64,000 bases of DNA, from positions 1 to 64,000 of IMG/VR virus record IMGVR_UViG_3300014204_000111; one strand, written 5' to 3'. The notes beneath the pieces are model-generated. The model was given only the letters and a program-made list of their open reading frames with translations. It had not been told where the DNA came from and made no database searches. Position 1 is the first letter of the stretch, and the number at the start of each line of letters is the position of its first letter. Made by a program: the position numbers and the translations under genes. Positions 1 through 9,676 of this stretch are shown here, in pieces. This DNA is from a virus (lineage: Duplodnaviria; Caudoviricetes).

Positions 1-243
1 AAATTCTTCCTCAGTTTCGCATACAATATTTGCAACATATTCTATGTAATCTGGACGAACCGCATTAGTTCTTTTATCAAACATTTCAGGTAGATTAGCG
101 TCTATCTTACTAAAATGACCATATTTTGTGATATAATCAATATAAAACTTGTCCACAGCAGCTTCCGATGTTTGGGATGAAACCACTAGAAATCCTATTA
201 CAATTAGGACTAATGACAAGAGTGTAGGCACTTTGATATTCAT
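1..243 (-). CDS. Partial exported or membrane-anchored protein (runs off window)
   Basis: Not in ORF track. Manual translation MNIKVPTLLSLVLIVIGFLVVSSQTSEAAVDK..., GGAG upstream, signal-peptide-like N-terminus, open to base 1. Confidence 0.7.
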   Translation of the reverse strand, partial: MNIKVPTLLSLVLIVIGFLVVSSQTSEAAVDKFYIDYITKYGHFSKIDANLPEMFDKRTNAVRPDYIEYVANIVCETEEEF

Positions 244-270
244 CAAGGCACGCTCCTTAAACAATAAAAA

Positions 271-681
271 TTATTCGATTACTTCTATTCTTGCAAAAGC
301 AGAAATAAACTCAAAAGGTACACCTTTTTCTGAAGAAATCGGTTTACCATTACTATTAAAGACTTTAAAATTGAATCCTGTAGGGACATTTCCCCATTCA
401 CTTACATAGCCCGATTCTGCGAGAAAGATATAATATCTCTCTTCATCATTAAAAGAACTAGAACGAAAAGATTCTTTAAATAAAGAGGCAGAAGAAGTCT
501 TTAAGATTTCTACCATCTGTTTCAATACATCTCCATAAACAATCATATAGAGAGGCCAAGTGTCAGGACACCAATCAGGGGCATCCAAAGTTTCATAATA
601 TCCAGTAATAACTAGATTTTCAATTGCGTTAGCAACGAATGTTTTCATTTTAACTCCCGAAAAAGTATTGCCAATCTTCAA
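271..681 (-). CDS. Hypothetical protein
   Basis: ORF in tightly packed minus-strand run; real start may be the internal ATG (MKTFV). Confidence 0.6.
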   Translation of the reverse strand: MKIGNTFSGVKMKTFVANAIENLVITGYYETLDAPDWCPDTWPLYMIVYGDVLKQMVEILKTSSASLFKESFRSSSFNDEERYYIFLAESGYVSEWGNVPTGFNFKVFNSNGKPISSEKGVPFEFISAFARIEVIE

Positions 682-1045
682 AATCTAAGTTTAAAGTATT
701 ATCTTTACTTCCATCGCTTTTTAATAATTCCTCAAGACTTAATAACTCTTCATATCCTTTATAATCACTTATCTTAGTCTGATGCTCTTTAATTTTAGCG
801 TTACACTCATGTAAATCACTTAATAAAGCATTATCAACTTGAACACTAGTTGGCCTATAACTATTAGAAAATATATCAGATAAAGTTTCCTCGAAATTTA
901 TTCCAGTTTCTTTAATTTGTATAATTACTTTTTTCTTTTGTTCGTTCCAAAAAGCTAACCGAGACTCGTGGAAGATAATCTTTTCTTGAGTTGCTTTAAG
1001 AATTTTTTCTTTTTGATATTTAAATAACCATTTGTCGCGTTTCAT
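650..1045 (-). CDS. Hypothetical coiled-coil protein
   Basis: GAGGAG RBS, operon packing. Confidence 0.7.
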   Translation of the reverse strand: MKRDKWLFKYQKEKILKATQEKIIFHESRLAFWNEQKKKVIIQIKETGINFEETLSDIFSNSYRPTSVQVDNALLSDLHECNAKIKEHQTKISDYKGYEELLSLEELLKSDGSKDNTLNLDFEDWQYFFGS

Positions 1046-1047
1046 TT

Positions 1048-1341
1048 TTACTCCTCAATAATATCTTTTATATCTAAATTCAAATCAATTAATTCGCCCA
1101 TAAGTATACAATCAGTTATATAATTATAAATTATACGTTCTTCTGTAGTGATACTTGTATTTTTCTTATAAATAACAAATTTAGTAGGAAAATTAATATG
1201 TTTCCAACTTAAATAATAAATAATATGAGTTTTATCAGCCTTGACTTTAAAATAAAAGGTTAAATCTTTGTTTTTTATATTTATCTTTGCAATATCGTAT
1301 TTTTCATTTAATTTATCTCTGAAATATGTTTTAAGCTTCAT
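1048..1341 (-). CDS. Hypothetical protein
   Basis: GAGGA RBS, operon packing. Confidence 0.65.
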   Translation of the reverse strand: MKLKTYFRDKLNEKYDIAKINIKNKDLTFYFKVKADKTHIIYYLSWKHINFPTKFVIYKKNTSITTEERIIYNYITDCILMGELIDLNLDIKDIIEE

Positions 1342-1342
1342 T

Positions 1343-1600
1343 TTATCCTCTATTTGTAATTAAATCATTATAAATAACTTTAACTAATTCTTCTTCGTCC
1401 ATTGTAAACTTATAAGACCTGAAAACAATCACTTTTCTTCCTGTCATTTGATAAATAGCAGTAACCCACCAACTATTATTAAACTTAAATCCTTCGTTGG
1501 AATCAGTGGTGATTGTAATATCTTCAGGTAATTTTTCTTGAACTCTCTTAACAACATTCATATAGAATGTTCTCTCTTCATCTGTTAATTGATAAATCAT
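1343..1600 (-). CDS. Hypothetical protein
   Basis: GGAGGT RBS, abuts upstream stop. Confidence 0.7.
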   Translation of the reverse strand: MIYQLTDEERTFYMNVVKRVQEKLPEDITITTDSNEGFKFNNSWWVTAIYQMTGRKVIVFRSYKFTMDEEELVKVIYNDLITNRG

Positions 1601-1783
1601 TTAAACCTCCAAATCACAATTAATATTATCATTCCATTCTAAATCAAAATTTATAGGCATTTTATCTATTTTATATACAATTTCTGTTTTAGGAGCCATA
1701 GGAATAGTTTTAAAAATAGCATTTATATATGTCTGTTGTCTAATATAAGGAATTAGAGTATTTGCTACATTTATATTTACCAT
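1601..1783 (-). CDS. Small hypothetical protein ending DLEV
   Basis: TAATG-coupled to upstream small ORF. Confidence 0.6.
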   Translation of the reverse strand: MVNINVANTLIPYIRQQTYINAIFKTIPMAPKTEIVYKIDKMPINFDLEWNDNINCDLEV

Positions 1784-1914
1784 TATATTTCTAGGTCAGA
1801 ATTAATTGGATAATTAAGTATAGTTAATTTTTGTGATTCCACAAAGATACTCATATCCCTACCTTCATCTATAATACAAAGGTCAACTGAATGACCTATT
1901 AACACTTTGTCCAT
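1783..1914 (-). CDS. 43-aa hypothetical protein ending DLEI (below ORF-track cut-off)
   Basis: Manual translation MDKVLIGHSVDLCIIDEGRDMSIFVESQKLTILNYPINSDLEI; fills the gap and its stop overlaps the next ATG; alternative start at 1854. Confidence 0.5.
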   Translation of the reverse strand: MDKVLIGHSVDLCIIDEGRDMSIFVESQKLTILNYPINSDLEI

Positions 1915-2498
1915 CCACATTCATTGCATTGTTTACATCCACCCGAATAAATCAGAGTAGAATTTTTACATTCAGGACAAATATTTTGTCCATTAGGCAA
2001 TGGTGTATCAGGTAAATAAGAGCCAAGAAGTTTTTCTACGTGATAAGTAAAATTGGTGATACCGTGGTCTAATAAATCTAAGGTATTTACTACCTCTAAC
2101 AAAGGAACTCCATGTCTTAAACACATAGATAAAACTCTGCAAAATTTTGCCGAAGATGTTTGATGTTCACTTTTTACTCTTTGCGCTTGAATGAATATTT
2201 CATCAACCTCATAATATCTAGCTAATTTTTCAAGCTTATCTATACCATCTTTGGCAATAACTTGACTATCTCTTGAATTGGTATTAACAAATACTTCTAA
2301 AGGTAATCCGTTATACAAGTTAATAGTAACATACCATTTTTTACCTTCTGCTCTACGAACATAAGTTCTTCCTTCTAAGAAAGTTGGACGTTTATCTATT
2401 TTTCTATCTAATTTTGATAATCTTGTTGAAACATCTAAACCAGTAAGCTCTTCATCTGTTCCAACAAGAATAACATTATCTTTCTTAGTTTTAGGCAT
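1899..2498 (-). CDS. nrdJb: Class II ribonucleotide reductase C-terminal subunit (TSCPD domain plus Zn ribbon, NrdJb-like)
   Basis: YVTIN..PLEVFVN, LSMCLRHGVP, terminal CPEC-LIYSGGCKQCNECGWTKC; start taken at MPKTKK, overlapping the upstream stop. Confidence 0.85.
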   Translation of the reverse strand: MPKTKKDNVILVGTDEELTGLDVSTRLSKLDRKIDKRPTFLEGRTYVRRAEGKKWYVTINLYNGLPLEVFVNTNSRDSQVIAKDGIDKLEKLARYYEVDEIFIQAQRVKSEHQTSSAKFCRVLSMCLRHGVPLLEVVNTLDLLDHGITNFTYHVEKLLGSYLPDTPLPNGQNICPECKNSTLIYSGGCKQCNECGWTKC

Positions 2499-3016
2499 TA
2501 ACAACCACAATTACATTTTGGTGTATTAAGAGGAATTCGACTAGTTTTAAGTTCAATCGGTTTGTTTTCAATTTGAGTCTCAAGTTGTTCAATTTGTTTG
2601 GCAGGAATACCTTGTGCTAAAAATGTTTCTTCTTCATTCTTGGCAAAATTTTCAGCCGTAGTTCCATTCATTTTAACCAAATCTTCTTCAAATTGTTCTT
2701 TATCATCTGCTTCGTCTGATTTAAAAGAATTGATAAATGACTTCAGACTTCCAAATTGGAATCTACTACGAGACATTTCTTCAATCATCCTGCCAAGCAC
2801 AAGTTCTTTAGGCGAAACATTAATTTGAGCACAAGCAGCAAAATCTCCGCTTCTAATTGCTTCCATCATAATTTCTGCATTTGCTGTCACAGATTTTACT
2901 TGTACAAATCCAATAGTTACAGCTTCATCAGCACTAACAGATAACTCAATGTTAGTATCAGATGGCATTGTTTTTAACAGTTCATCAACCAATACTTTTA
3001 TATTATGAAGTTTCAT
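2498..3016 (-). CDS. Hypothetical protein between the two nrdJ parts
   Basis: AAGGAAGG RBS before MKLHNI; acidic; ends KCNCGC. Confidence 0.7.
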   Translation of the reverse strand: MKLHNIKVLVDELLKTMPSDTNIELSVSADEAVTIGFVQVKSVTANAEIMMEAIRSGDFAACAQINVSPKELVLGRMIEEMSRSRFQFGSLKSFINSFKSDEADDKEQFEEDLVKMNGTTAENFAKNEEETFLAQGIPAKQIEQLETQIENKPIELKTSRIPLNTPKCNCGC

Positions 3017-5027
3017 TTTTTCCTTCCTTGAATTTTGCATAAGGGCTACCATATTTATCTATAAAAGAAAAAGAGAAATTATAACTTTTAGGTTTTTCTC
3101 TAAAAAGAATTACTGGTTCTCTACCAGCTTCAGGATGTTGAACATATACTGTACAGCCCTTTAGTCCAGCTTTCCATGCCTCAACGTATATATCTAGTAC
3201 CGTCGCGGGGGACGAAGTAAGTGAATCTAAATTATAAGTAGCACTAATTGAAGCATCAATCCACTTTTGAACTTTACCCATTAAATTGATTTTACTTAAA
3301 TAAGATATTCCATGAGCAGGTTTTACTTTACCATCAAACACTTTAGTAATTAAATCTATTTTCTCTTTGTCAGTATTAAGTGACAATATATCAATTTTTT
3401 CTTTATTGATAATAATTTCTCTTACTAAAGGATGAATAATAAGTTCCCATCTCCATTCTAAAGGATAATTATCAGGAATCACCCTTGTTCTTCTATAATA
3501 CCAGGCATCCATAATAGGTTCAACACCAGAACTAGTGCCTAAAATAATTGACCCTGTACCCGCAGGAGGAACAGTTAAACAACAAACATTTCTCATACCT
3601 TTTTCAAATTCATGCTCTTGAATAGCTCCAGAATTAATTAAATGTCTGATGAATTCACTTGTCTTAAGCTCAGGCCATTTAAAAGCTTTATAAGAACCTC
3701 TTTCTTGAGCCAATTCAAAAGAACGTCTGTAAGCTGCAACACACATAGTCCTGGCGAGTGTCTCAGCTATTGTAGCGGCTTCTGGAGAGTCATAAGGTAC
3801 TTCTCGCTTCAAAAGATAATCACCTAAGCCAGTGAACCCTACACCAACTCTACGAAGAGCTTTCAAATCTTTCTTTTGAAGTTTAGTAGGGCATCTTTTA
3901 TCTCTTAACTGACAAGTAACAACATTATCTAAAAAATGTAGAACTTCTCCAGAAAGATAAGTAAGTTCTTTTATCATTTCCTCTTCATCTTCTGGTAAAA
4001 GAGAAAAGTTAATATTAGCTAATGTACAACTAGAACCATTAGATAATACTTCTTCAGAACAAGCATTAACACTTACAACTGGATATCCTACAGCATCAGA
4101 ATTACTCATTCTCTTAGAAGTATTCCAAAAAAGAACTCCAGGTTCAGCACAAGAATAAGCTGTTTCTGATAATAATTCCATATATTTTGAAGCTGCAATG
4201 GAACTATGAACTTGCCTATCCCATATAAATGACCATGTTTCTTTATTCAAATATGCTGACATAAGAGCATCTGATATTTTTAGTGAGATATTAGCAAATC
4301 TTACTTTATAAGTTTCTTCGATTTTACCATATAATTCTGATATAATTGTTTTAGATTTATCATCTGTAATATGTTTTTCTAGATAAGAAATTTGCTCTTT
4401 AGTATTCATATTATCATTTTTAATATTAATAAATTCTAAAGAGTCAGGATGGGAATCGTCAATAAGAAGAAGTAAGGCTCCACGTCTACCTTGTTGAGCA
4501 ACTGTTCCTGTAATTTTCGAATATAAATCCATCCAACTAACCGCTCCGGTAGATGTTTTAGCAGCATTATTAGTCTTAGAGTGTCTTGGTCTTAAAGCAG
4601 AAATATCTACTCCAACTCCTTCTCCTCTTGATTCTACTTTAGATACAAGGTATCCTGTTTCACTAATAGCTTCTAAACTATCTGGATTAATGGATTTACC
4701 ATTTCTATCAATACCTAAAGCAAATCCTGTACAATTTATAAGAGATACTTTTGCCGGATTAGCTGCTCCATAGATAATCCTTCCGCCAGGAAGAAATTTT
4801 TTAGCCATCATTAACTCAAACCATTCTAGTGCCTTTTTCTCTTCTTGCTCTTTATTTGGTTCTGCTGAGGCAACATATTTAGCAATACGCCAGAATGTTT
4901 CGGCTGGTGTTTCGGAGGTTGAATCTTCTTTAATTAAAGCATATTTATTAGTAAAAATTCTCATTGAAAAAGAATCGTTATCAAAAAAGTCTTCACAAGA
5001 GACTTGACGAGGTGGCGTTAAAACCAT
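3003..5027 (-). CDS. nrdJa: Adenosylcobalamin-dependent (class II) ribonucleotide reductase catalytic subunit
   Basis: FLPGGRI, LINC, RRGA, NACSE (NPCxE radical Cys), SCTL, TVPPAGT, IDASISAT; no ATP cone; TSCPD partner nearby, no nrdB in window. Confidence 0.92.
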   Translation of the reverse strand: MVLTPPRQVSCEDFFDNDSFSMRIFTNKYALIKEDSTSETPAETFWRIAKYVASAEPNKEQEEKKALEWFELMMAKKFLPGGRIIYGAANPAKVSLINCTGFALGIDRNGKSINPDSLEAISETGYLVSKVESRGEGVGVDISALRPRHSKTNNAAKTSTGAVSWMDLYSKITGTVAQQGRRGALLLLIDDSHPDSLEFINIKNDNMNTKEQISYLEKHITDDKSKTIISELYGKIEETYKVRFANISLKISDALMSAYLNKETWSFIWDRQVHSSIAASKYMELLSETAYSCAEPGVLFWNTSKRMSNSDAVGYPVVSVNACSEEVLSNGSSCTLANINFSLLPEDEEEMIKELTYLSGEVLHFLDNVVTCQLRDKRCPTKLQKKDLKALRRVGVGFTGLGDYLLKREVPYDSPEAATIAETLARTMCVAAYRRSFELAQERGSYKAFKWPELKTSEFIRHLINSGAIQEHEFEKGMRNVCCLTVPPAGTGSIILGTSSGVEPIMDAWYYRRTRVIPDNYPLEWRWELIIHPLVREIIINKEKIDILSLNTDKEKIDLITKVFDGKVKPAHGISYLSKINLMGKVQKWIDASISATYNLDSLTSSPATVLDIYVEAWKAGLKGCTVYVQHPEAGREPVILFREKPKSYNFSFSFIDKYGSPYAKFKEGKNETS

Positions 5028-5035
5028 TATTTCTC

Positions 5036-5260
5036 CTAATTAAGTTTTATTTCTTCTGCATTAGGGATAAAATACCAATTATGCAGAGATGTAAGTCTAA
5101 CTATTTCATTGGATGTTACTAAAATACATTTTGTATTATTGATAATCAATCCAGGTACTAAAAATTGAACCATATATTCTGTGAATTCTTTTTCTTGCTT
5201 AAAAGAATGTGGATTATAAATTTCTTTTTTTTCTAAAATAAGATAATTTACTGGTTCCAT
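5036..5260 (-). CDS. Hypothetical protein
   Basis: GAGGT RBS, operon packing. Confidence 0.6.
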   Translation of the reverse strand: MEPVNYLILEKKEIYNPHSFKQEKEFTEYMVQFLVPGLIINNTKCILVTSNEIVRLTSLHNWYFIPNAEEIKLN

Positions 5261-5680
5261 TTATACCTCTGGATGAAAAAATTTATCTATCTTATATTTC
5301 CATTTTGTTATCAATTTAATACGAGGAAAAATTATATTTTTATAGATATCGTTAATAGAATTAAAATCTTCTGGGTTTAAATCTTTTAATATTTTTGCAA
5401 ACCAAGATTTTAAAAGTCCAAATTTTCTATTATTAATAATCTTGATTTTAATTAAGTCCAACTTAGACAATGCCCAAACTACATAATCATCTACTTCGGA
5501 TAATTCGATAATTCTTTCTACGTCTTCTTTTATGTCTTTTATGTCAAATTTTTGCATAAAATCCTTGAGAAGTTTCATTGCAGCAGTATTAGTGTTAGGA
5601 TTAAGAGGAATTGTAACCTTAATAGCCAATTTATCACTAATGACTAAAAATAAAAATTGTTTAAATTCGTGCAAGTTCAT
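5261..5680 (-). CDS. Hypothetical protein
   Basis: GGAG RBS, preceded by a GGGTAAAAT box. Confidence 0.65.
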   Translation of the reverse strand: MNLHEFKQFLFLVISDKLAIKVTIPLNPNTNTAAMKLLKDFMQKFDIKDIKEDVERIIELSEVDDYVVWALSKLDLIKIKIINNRKFGLLKSWFAKILKDLNPEDFNSINDIYKNIIFPRIKLITKWKYKIDKFFHPEV

Positions 5681-5696
5681 ATTTTACTCCAAAGTA

Positions 5697-5706
5697 TATT
5701 TTACCC
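5697..5706 (-). promoter_or_regulatory. GGGTAAAATA candidate -10 box
   Basis: Same motif recurs at several gene boundaries; 16 nt upstream of ATG 5680. Confidence 0.45.
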
Positions 5707-6393
5707 TTTACTGTAATTTTTATAAAAATTTATAATAGAAGAATCTGCAACTCTCGAAGTCAAAAATTTATAATCTACATCAAATTGCTCTAATGGAGCA
5801 AGCCAGGAAATATTCTCTTTATGTCTGATATAAATCATATCTTTTACTAAAGCGTTAGTTTCTATAAGTCCATCTCTTCCATATCTCTCAATATATTTAG
5901 AGAGAAAATCACCATCTTCTCCACACATTTTTTTTGAGTCATATTTTGTTGTAATACTACTTCTATAAGAATGTCCAGTACCAAAACAACTACGTCCAGA
6001 TAATATCTGGTAAGTTTGTATATTAATATCGTATACGCACATAGTTTTCATATTAAGAAAGTTAGTAGATTGATTTTTTTGAAAAAAATTCATTACTTTT
6101 TCAACGTATTGTGGACTATAATAATCGTCAGAATCTATATTGATAATTACATCTCCAGTACTATAATGAAGAGCAATGTTTCGTTTACGTCCTATATTCA
6201 ATGATTTATTATCAACACTAGGAATAATTATGTGTCTAGCATTTTTAAACTTATAGTTAACAGAACTTTGTTCTTCAACTATTATATGTTCTATATTTTG
6301 ATATGTTTGATTAGTAACAATACTTTCTAAAATAGGCTTAAACTTATCTCTTTTCCAAATAGGAGTAATTAATGTAGCCTTAATAAGACTCAT
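5701..6393 (-). CDS. Glycosyltransferase family 2 (GT-A)
   Basis: LITP, NQTYQNIEHIIV, GRKRN, IDSDDYY (DxD), GED. Confidence 0.9.
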   Translation of the reverse strand: MSLIKATLITPIWKRDKFKPILESIVTNQTYQNIEHIIVEEQSSVNYKFKNARHIIIPSVDNKSLNIGRKRNIALHYSTGDVIINIDSDDYYSPQYVEKVMNFFQKNQSTNFLNMKTMCVYDINIQTYQILSGRSCFGTGHSYRSSITTKYDSKKMCGEDGDFLSKYIERYGRDGLIETNALVKDMIYIRHKENISWLAPLEQFDVDYKFLTSRVADSSIINFYKNYSKG

Positions 6394-7744
6394 TAAAAGC
6401 TTCTTCTAAATTAAATTTTTTATTCCACGGAATTTCACAATATACTCTAATTAAAGGTTCTGTACCTGATTTTCTAAACATAATCCAACCCGTCATAAAT
6501 GGGCATTTAATTCCATCTACATCTTGTTCTGGAGAACCTAATTTACCCACCTGATTTTCAAATTTAGTTTTTATTTCTTCTATAGACATATTTGTGTGAA
6601 TATCAAATCTACTATATCTCATTCTTCCGTATTTTTCTCTTATGTTTTGTAATTCGCTTCTTAATCCTCCTTGCCTAGATTCATTAAAATTCATAAGTAT
6701 TATTGCAGCCATTATACCGTCTCTATCACTAAAGAATGGATGGAATGCCAATCCTCCAGATTCTTCTCCTGCAACAACATTATCATCTGAATTTATATAT
6801 AATGGGGAGATATGTTGGAACCCTATCTTACTCCATACAAAATTAATATTTTCTTCATTACAAAATTTTGGTATAATATTTGACATATTATAAGTGGCGA
6901 TAACTTTAGATAACATTTTTTTGGAAGTAGCTTTAATAAAAAGAAGGAAAGTTTCACTAGGAGTTAGTGGTTCTCCATCGATAAACATTAATAATCTATC
7001 TCCATCACCATCTAAAGCAAAAGCAATTCCTGTTTGTGCTGTTTCAAATGGTAGAATAATATTATCTGGCTTAGGTTCTAATGAGTTATTTTTAGCTGGT
7101 GTATTATCTTCAATAACCTGACCTTTAAAAATTTGGTTAATATATCCTTTTGCCGCACCATTTAGTGTACTAAAAGAATATTTATCTTTAGTATATGAAG
7201 GAAGTACTGTTGATGAATATATACTGGCTAAATCAATCATTTTAACATTATAGTCGCGGGTATTTAAATTAAGAGATAAAACATCTTTCTCATCTATTAA
7301 AGTACCTTTTGGAGTTATAAATTTAACACCTACATAATTATCTGGGTTATGTGATGCTGTAAACATTATTCCAAATGCTTTTCTACTTTTACAGAGACGG
7401 CAAAGCATTGGGGTAGTTATTGGTATATTATTAATCAAAGATGATTTGGATTCCCATGAATCTGTGATATCTAAAAGTATCTTCATTCTTCTTGCTAAAA
7501 TTGCACTTTGTGGTCTAGCGTCAAATCCAATACAGATATCTGATGCAAGGTCTGTATCATCATTTAATCCAGGTGGCTGTGTAATATTAAAATTACCAAT
7601 AGTAGCATGGAAAGAATTAAAACTATATTTTTCTCTTGTTGAATTTCGTCTAATATAAGTAAAAAATTTTGCAATTAAAAAGTCGATTTCATTATCGTTG
7701 ATAGAAGAATCCCATCTTGCTCCAGCAGTTCCTAAAACTAACAT
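6380..7744 (-). CDS. manB: Phosphomannomutase/phosphoglucomutase
   Basis: GFDAR, TASHNP (phospho-Ser), DGDGDR, GEESGG, RKSGTEPLIRVY. Confidence 0.92.
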   Translation of the reverse strand: MLVLGTAGARWDSSINDNEIDFLIAKFFTYIRRNSTREKYSFNSFHATIGNFNITQPPGLNDDTDLASDICIGFDARPQSAILARRMKILLDITDSWESKSSLINNIPITTPMLCRLCKSRKAFGIMFTASHNPDNYVGVKFITPKGTLIDEKDVLSLNLNTRDYNVKMIDLASIYSSTVLPSYTKDKYSFSTLNGAAKGYINQIFKGQVIEDNTPAKNNSLEPKPDNIILPFETAQTGIAFALDGDGDRLLMFIDGEPLTPSETFLLFIKATSKKMLSKVIATYNMSNIIPKFCNEENINFVWSKIGFQHISPLYINSDDNVVAGEESGGLAFHPFFSDRDGIMAAIILMNFNESRQGGLRSELQNIREKYGRMRYSRFDIHTNMSIEEIKTKFENQVGKLGSPEQDVDGIKCPFMTGWIMFRKSGTEPLIRVYCEIPWNKKFNLEEAFNESY

Positions 7745-8646
7745 ATAGTCCCCTTTTGTAGTACAGAATTAGATGCAATACATATATTTTTTAATTGACA
7801 ATTATCTTGAATAATTGATGATTGTGCGATAATACATTTATCAATAATAACATTAGCTCCAATTGTAACATTTTTATGAATAACACTATTATTTATTACA
7901 GCAGTTGGATGAATTTTACAATTTTTATTTATAACTGATTCTCCACCATTAAGTCTGATTTGTGTCTCTCTATAAGACTCAATAGTTCCTATATCAGAGA
8001 AATTACCACCTTGAAATATTCTAATACCTGGAGGACAAAAAGCAAATATATCCTTTTCTATAGAAAAGAAATCAGGATAATCTTTTGTGAATTGAAGGTA
8101 TTTTTCAGAATTAATAATATAAATTCCTGTTGATACTAAACTTTTGAAACTTTTAGGAGAAGAAGGTTTTTCTATAAAATCAGTCATAATCCAATTATTA
8201 TGTTGTATATTACCATATCTACAAGGATTATATTTTTCAGAAGCCATAATTGTACACCACTCAGGTGTAGTATTATGTATATTTGACATAACAGATAAAT
8301 CATTGAAAAAATTAAGCACTAAATCTCCGTTAAGAATAAGAGGATTCTTAAAATCAGATTGCTGCAAAGTAAATCTAATTGCCCCTCCTGTTCCTAAAGG
8401 TTTATCTTCTTTAACAATAGATGTATAATGCATATTTGATATATCTATACAATCTGACTTATATCCAGCAGAAATAATTACAGGAATATTATGGCAAATA
8501 ATATTATCAACAGAATTGATAATATATTCCAAATATGTTTCTGATAAAAAAGGAATCATTAATTTAGGCATATCATAAGTAAGAGGTCTAAGTCTAACAC
8601 CCTCTCCTCCTGCTAATATAATAATACCATCAACTTTAGAATTCAT
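7738..8646 (-). CDS. Sugar-1-phosphate nucleotidyltransferase, probably mannose-1-P guanylyltransferase
   Basis: LAGGEGVRLRPLT..PK, EDKPLGTGGA, NGD, FIEKP, C-terminal hexapeptide repeats; sits between manB and gmd. Confidence 0.88.
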   Translation of the reverse strand: MNSKVDGIIILAGGEGVRLRPLTYDMPKLMIPFLSETYLEYIINSVDNIICHNIPVIISAGYKSDCIDISNMHYTSIVKEDKPLGTGGAIRFTLQQSDFKNPLILNGDLVLNFFNDLSVMSNIHNTTPEWCTIMASEKYNPCRYGNIQHNNWIMTDFIEKPSSPKSFKSLVSTGIYIINSEKYLQFTKDYPDFFSIEKDIFAFCPPGIRIFQGGNFSDIGTIESYRETQIRLNGGESVINKNCKIHPTAVINNSVIHKNVTIGANVIIDKCIIAQSSIIQDNCQLKNICIASNSVLQKGTIC

Positions 8647-9676
8647 GAGTTCTTCCTTGCTCTATTCTTAAAATATCTTCTTTAACCATTTCAGTAATCA
8701 TGTATTTAAAAGTAATTTTATCTGGATTCCAATTTAATTGCTTTTTAGCTAAACTTGGGTCAGAATAAAGATATCCGACTTCTTCTGGTCTAAATAAATC
8801 GGGGCTTACTTCTACACGAAGCTCTCCATTTGTATTATACCCCTTTTCATCAGTACCTAAACCAGTCCATATAATATCTTCTCCGATAGTTAAGAATGCA
8901 GCTTCACATAATTGCTTAACTGTGAATGTCTTGCCAGTACCTATTACAACAGTATCAATATTAGATTGATTTACTAATTGCCACATACATTCAACATAAT
9001 TTTCTGCATGACCCCAATCTCTAGAAGCATTTAAATTACCTAATGTAAGATATTGACTTTGCTTTTTAGCTATTTGAGCTACTTTATGGGTTATCTTTCT
9101 CGTTACAAATTGAATACCTCTACGGGGAGATTCGTGATTAAATAAAATACCTTGATAAGTTTTTAATCCATAAGCATTAGCATAGTGTTTAGTAGCATAA
9201 TATCCCATAAGTTTTGCAAGACCGTAAGGACTTGCGGGCATGAATGGAGTATTTTCATTTTGAGGATAGAAGAGAGAAGAGTTAGAACCATATAATTCTG
9301 AGGTACTTGCTTGATAAAATATTGTCTCTTTAGAATAATTCTTAAGAGCCTCCAAAAGTCTTACAACTCCAGTCCCATTAATATCTATAACAGATTCAGG
9401 AGTAATAAACGAAGAGGCAACATAAGAATTAGCAGCCAAATTAAATAAATAAGTTGGCTGGGTAGTTTTAACTATCTTATTGATAGATTGAGTATCTGTC
9501 AAATCACCTTCTACTAACTGAAAATTAGGATGTTTAATACAATTTTCTAAACGCCATAAATTAGGTGCGGCAGACCTACGATACATTCCAACTACTTTGA
9601 GAGATTGATTTAACAATAACTCTGAAAGATAGCTCCCATCCTGGCCCGAAACTCCAGTCACTAAAGCTGTTTGCAT
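8636..9676 (-). CDS. gmd: GDP-mannose 4,6-dehydratase
   Basis: ALVTGVSGQDGSYL, QASTSELYG, SPYGLAK, GILFNHESPRRG, RDWGHA. Confidence 0.96.
   Translation of the reverse strand: MQTALVTGVSGQDGSYLSELLLNQSLKVVGMYRRSAAPNLWRLENCIKHPNFQLVEGDLTDTQSINKIVKTTQPTYLFNLAANSYVASSFITPESVIDINGTGVVRLLEALKNYSKETIFYQASTSELYGSNSSLFYPQNENTPFMPASPYGLAKLMGYYATKHYANAYGLKTYQGILFNHESPRRGIQFVTRKITHKVAQIAKKQSQYLTLGNLNASRDWGHAENYVECMWQLVNQSNIDTVVIGTGKTFTVKQLCEAAFLTIGEDIIWTGLGTDEKGYNTNGELRVEVSPDLFRPEEVGYLYSDPSLAKKQLNWNPDKITFKYMITEMVKEDILRIEQGRTHEF

Noticed and set aside
1-243. Lytic transglycosylase call for the partial ORF
   Set aside because: Any catalytic motifs would lie outside the window.
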